This document shows, piece by piece, positions 1 through 64,000 of a stretch of DNA of 64,000 nt. Below the pieces are notes generated by a model, which searched no databases, was not told where the DNA came from, and worked only from the letters and a program-made list of their open reading frames with translations. The translations under genes were made by a program, and so were the position numbers. Within the stretch, counting starts at the first letter, position 1, and every line of letters starts with the position of its first letter. This stretch comes from the human T2T-CHM13v2.0 reference genome, Homo sapiens: the NCBI RefSeq assembly GCF_009914755.1, contig NC_060941.1. The stretch is one strand, 5' to 3'.

Positions 1-857
1 AGATAACATGTGCTGTATTGACTCAAGGTTTAAGGGATTTAGGGCTGTGCAGGATGTGCTTTGGTAAAAATGTGTTTGCAGGCAGTATGCTTGGTAAAAG
101 TCATCACCATTCTCCAGTCTCGAGTACACAGTGCACTGCGGAAGGCCGCAGGGACCTCTGCCCAAGAAACCCTGGGTGTTGTCCAGGTTTCCCCCCACTG
201 AGACAGCCTGAGATATGGCCTCGTGGGAAGGGAAAGACCTGACCGTCCCCCAGCCCGACACCCGTAAAGGGTCTGTGCTGAGGAGGATTAGTGAAAGAGG
301 AAGGCCTCTATGCGGTTGAGATAAGAGGAAGGCCTCTATGCGGTTGAGATAAGAGGAAGGCATCTGTCTACTGCTCGTCCCTGGGAATGGAACGTCTTGG
401 TGTAAAACCCGATCGTACATTCTATTTACTGAGATAGGAGAAAACCGCCTTACGGCTGGAGGTGAGACATGCTGGCGGCAATACTGTTCTTTACTGCACT
501 GAGATGTGTAAAGTCAAACATAAATCTGGCGTATGTGCACATCCAGGCACAGCACCTTTCCTTAAACTTATTTTTGACACAGAGTCCTTTGCTCACATGT
601 TTTCCTGCTGACCCTCTCCCCACAATTACCCTATAGTCTTGCCACATCCCCCTCGCCGAGATGGTAGAGATAGTGATCAATAAATACTGAGGGAATTCAA
701 AAACCAGTACTGGTGCAGGTCCTCACTTGCTGAGCGCTGGTCCCCTGGGCCCACTTTTCTTCCTCTATATTTTGTCTCTGTGTCTTATTTCTTTTCCCAC
801 TCTCTTGTCTCCACCTTGCGAGAAGTACCCAGGGGTGTGGAGGGGCAGGCCCCCTTA
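1..857 (+). mobile_element. HERV-K(HML-2) LTR (LTR5A/B-like), cut by the window start; solo or 3' LTR
   Basis: Diagnostic GGAAGGGAAAGACCTGACCGTCCCCCAGCCCGACACCCGTAAAGGGTCTGTGCTGAGG; AATAAA at 679-684; ends GGTGTGGAGGGGCAGGCCCCCTT; no PBS follows. Confidence 0.9.
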
Positions 858-1179
858 AAATGTGGCCACATGTTTTGAACAAAAAGTCATAAAAAAGATG
901 TGGCCACATGTTTTGCACATTTGGGCTTAAAATCTCAGGGTCTTACATCTGCATATGACTAGGTGTGAGCTGGGTGGGGCGGAGGGGCGTCCTCTGTCGG
1001 GGTGTACATGGGGGCACCTTGTAGGGCAGTGCTTCAAGCCCAGAGATGTATCAAGAGATTTCTTTGACATCTTGGACAAGGATATGGACTTCTGCTGAGC
1101 ATACATGTCAGACGCTCACTCTTGGTTGCCTGCTTTACACCCATTCTGCTCCTATTCTGTGCTCACAGAACCACAATGA

Positions 1180-3750
<2,571 letters not shown>

Positions 3751-4117
3751 TCAAGGGATTGATCCTGATTTGCCTAAACCAATCACCACTGCCCCTTGTC
3801 TAACCCACCACCACAAGCCTCTTTTGGAGATATTACGGGGAAGGGTGTTGGGTTTCCCACTACAGGTAAGCTGGGGTTCGGTTCGACCATTTTAATTTTG
3901 ATTTTAGATGATAGGGTGACCTTAGCAGGTTGGGCAACTTGGGGACATCCAATCCGGGTTGTTAGAATTTCTCGTACATGTGTATTGGAATTATCTTGAT
4001 TTTGCCACTTTTCATTGTTTATGTGTTCCCCGAGAGGCAACCACGTGTTTAGGAATGTTTGCCACATGGTTATCAAGTTTCAAAGAGGAGGAATCATATA
4101 AGATTTAAATTCATGAC

Positions 4118-8011
<3,894 letters not shown>

Positions 8012-8347
8012 TTCGGATGCCACAATATCTGAAGGAGAAAATAGGGGCCTTTTTCTTCTCTGACTGTTAGAAATAGGAAAGTTTTTCCAGAAACGCCATT
8101 AGATTTTCACTCAGGCTTCATGGCTAGAATTGGATCATGAGCTTGGGCAACATAGTGAGACTCTGTCTCTAATATACATATAAATACATTAAATAGAATT
8201 GGGTCATGCATGTCCATTCCTACATAGGGCCCTGAGAAGGAAAATGAGATTCTTGTGGCTGGCTAAATGACCCATCTGGGGTGAAAGGAATGTTGGGGAA
8301 CTAGCCACAATGACCACCATCAATTCTACAATAAAAAGAGAATCGAG

Positions 8348-9290
<943 letters not shown>

Positions 9291-9487
9291 GAATTGGAGT
9301 GGATTGGAGTTTTCACCTGTAATGTATAACGCTAGAAGCATGGGAATGTGTAAAATATCATGACCGCAAACATTCAGAAAGCACACGCCACAATATCCTG
9401 AGAAAGTACCCACTAGAAAATGAAAAGCTAATCAGAATTTAAAATTACAGGGAAGATACAGACGTGGTCAGAACATGGTGAGTATGA

Positions 9488-9945
9488 GATGCTGAATAAG
9501 GCCTCCCAAAGATGTCCCCATCCATCTACTGAAACCTGTGAATACATAACCTTGCATGGCAAAAGGACTTGGAGATGTGATTACTACAAGGATCTTAAGA
9601 TGCAAAGGTTATCCTGGGTTATCGGGTGGGCCTAATGGAATCTCTTTTTCTGAGAGGAAGACAAGAGAGTAAAAGCTGGAAAAAGGAGACGTGATGAAAG
9701 AACAGAGGCTGCAGTGATGTGCTTTGGAGATGGAGGAAGAGGGAGGCGGCATCTAGAAGCAGGAACAGGCAAGGGAATGGATTCTTCCTGAGCCCTAGCA
9801 AGAACGCAGCTCTGCTGACACCTTGATTTCAGCCTCACGGAACCCATTTCAGGCTTCTGACCTCTGTTAAATAGTAACTTTGTGTTATCATAAGCTATTA
9901 AATTTGTGGTAATTTGTTACAGCAGCAATCAATAAACACTTATCA
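9488..9945 (+). mobile_element. MaLR LTR (MLT1C/D-like)
   Basis: CCTCCCAAAGATGTCC...TGGCAAAAGGACTT...TTGTGGTAATTTGTTACAGCAGCAAT. Confidence 0.7.
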
Positions 9946-9949
9946 TGAA

Positions 9950-13088
<3,139 letters not shown>

Positions 13089-13997
13089 TAATGACCTTGT
13101 TTTCAAATCCCTGAATCCAAACTTCCTGATTATGTGAGCCAAAAAATTTGTTTTCCATTTTCTCTACTTACATTGGATCATTACAACGGAAGGAATTTTG
13201 ACTATTAGAGAAATCAATCTTGTCCTGGTAACTGACACTTATTAGGTAACGGCTGGTGCCAGGCTGAGGGCAGGTGGCACTGACTCCGGTCCTCCGCCCA
13301 GGCAACCCCAGTCTTCACAGCTGGCGACGAGTGTTCTTTCACGTTTGCAGATGAGGAAGCTGAGGCTCTGGGAGGAAAGCGCGCTGCTCCTGCCCTTCTG
13401 GGCCGCAGCCTCTCGTACTCCCACAGCAGGCTTGATGGATAAACTTCCAACACGACCAGCTGGCACAAACTGTGCTACTTGGCAAATGGGAGCATGTTGC
13501 TCTATCCTGGTAGATTCTAAGTTCTCTAATGGAACAACTGATGAGAGGAGAGGAGTATGCAACACCCTAACCAGCATCAAAGGGTGTACCCAACTCAATC
13601 TGCACAGCAAATGCGCCCAACCCCACACACCCCGCGGGGTGCTAACCGAGTCACGGCTCGAGGCCTCTGGGTCCTTCCACGCCAGGTCATTCAGAACCTG
13701 AAACCCCCAGCGGAGGTGGAGAGCCGGGGTGAGTCCTGGCGTCCGAGACGTGGAGGACCCAGCCCCCGGAGCGCGTTCCGTTAGTTTACAGAGCTTTTTC
13801 AAACTTTGCCTTCCAAGTGCAGGAGTTCCTTGGTCTTTGCAAGACCCGCAGGCGTCCGCAGTGGTGCAGAGAGAGGTGCAAGGGGCGCGCCCAAGGTCGC
13901 AGGCTGCCTGGCTGCGCGCTCAGTCGGGCCCCCGGGCGCCAGGCGCGGGGCGGGCTCTGGGCGGGCGGCCGGGGCGGGGACTGCAGAGCAGGCTGCA

Positions 13998-14076
13998 CTG
14001 CGCGGTACCCACTGCCGGCCTGCGCGGTACTCACTGCCGGCCTCCGCGGTACCCACTGCCGGCCTCCGCGCTACCC
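13998..14076 (+). repeat. 22-bp tandem repeat (3.6 copies) at the TSS/5'UTR: CT(G/C)CGCGGTAC(C/T)CACTGCCGGC
   Basis: Units at 13998-14019, 14020-14041, 14042-14063, partial 14064-14076. Confidence 0.95.
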
Positions 14077-14096
14077 GGCCGCAGCGCGCGAGTCAC

Positions 14097-59190
<45,094 letters not shown>

Positions 59191-59579
59191 ACATTTTTGA
59201 CTTAGTGCTAGGATGGATATAATGCTCTAGGCATGGCCTTTTCCTGAAATAACAAAATCAGAAAAGTTACCTACTTTGAGTAAAAAACACCCAACTGCTG
59301 ATTTTGGTTGGGGCCACCTTAAGGTATCTCTACCCTCAGTGCCTTGTTCTTGGGGCCACGAGGCCCATTCTCCAGGAAGGCAGGTAAAGGCTTGCACTGT
59401 GGCCCTCGGGGTTGGGCCTGGGGGCAGGGGGCAGACACCACAGAGGCCCCTCCCCAGCTCCTCGTCAGGAACCCTCGAACCCTGTCTCCATTCCCCTCGC
59501 ACAGGACTCCCTGCCCTTCCCCTTGCCAGGTAGGGCAGGGACCCCCTGGGGATAAGAGGAGGTTCTTTCAACCACCAGC

Positions 59580-63809
<4,230 letters not shown>

Positions 63810-64000
63810 TTCTAGGAAGATAATAGACTCATTTTTAAGATAACTGTGAAAACAAAATTTTTTACCTTTGGAAAAATGTTCATAGTATAAAAGGACTAAT
63901 AAAAATGTGTTTTTTTTTTTTAAATAAAGGAACATTTATTTATAGTCCACCTTGTTCCACGAAGAATTTGAACCAGTTTACACAAATACTTCCCTAAAAG

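Noticed and set aside
13998-14076. CRISPR-like array
   Set aside because: The units are contiguous with no spacers, in human DNA; this is a simple minisatellite.

Overview
Human (or very close primate) genomic DNA, recognisable as the SLC47A1 (MATE1) locus at 17p11.2. The window holds the complete 17-exon SLC47A1 gene on the + strand: ATG at 14097, TGA ending at 57699, 1713-nt CDS (570 aa), all introns GT-AG, a CpG-island promoter, and a 3'UTR to about 59190. Intron 10 carries the H/ACA snoRNA SNORA59B as an L1-mediated retrocopy with a poly(A) tail and 16-bp TSDs. About 0.9 kb past the poly(A) signal, a second CpG island starts a dead MATE gene. Its sequence resembles the rodent class III transporter (mouse 'Mate2') more than human MATE1 or MATE2. 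Its exons 1-2 are on the + strand, but its exon 4 is on the - strand, which implies an inversion or rearrangement. The rest is Alu-dense sequence with L1, L2, MIR, LTR and DNA-transposon remnants. Almost all ORFs in the supplied track are Alu- or GC-derived artefacts. Repeat subfamily names and comparisons with known genes are from memory and need confirming.
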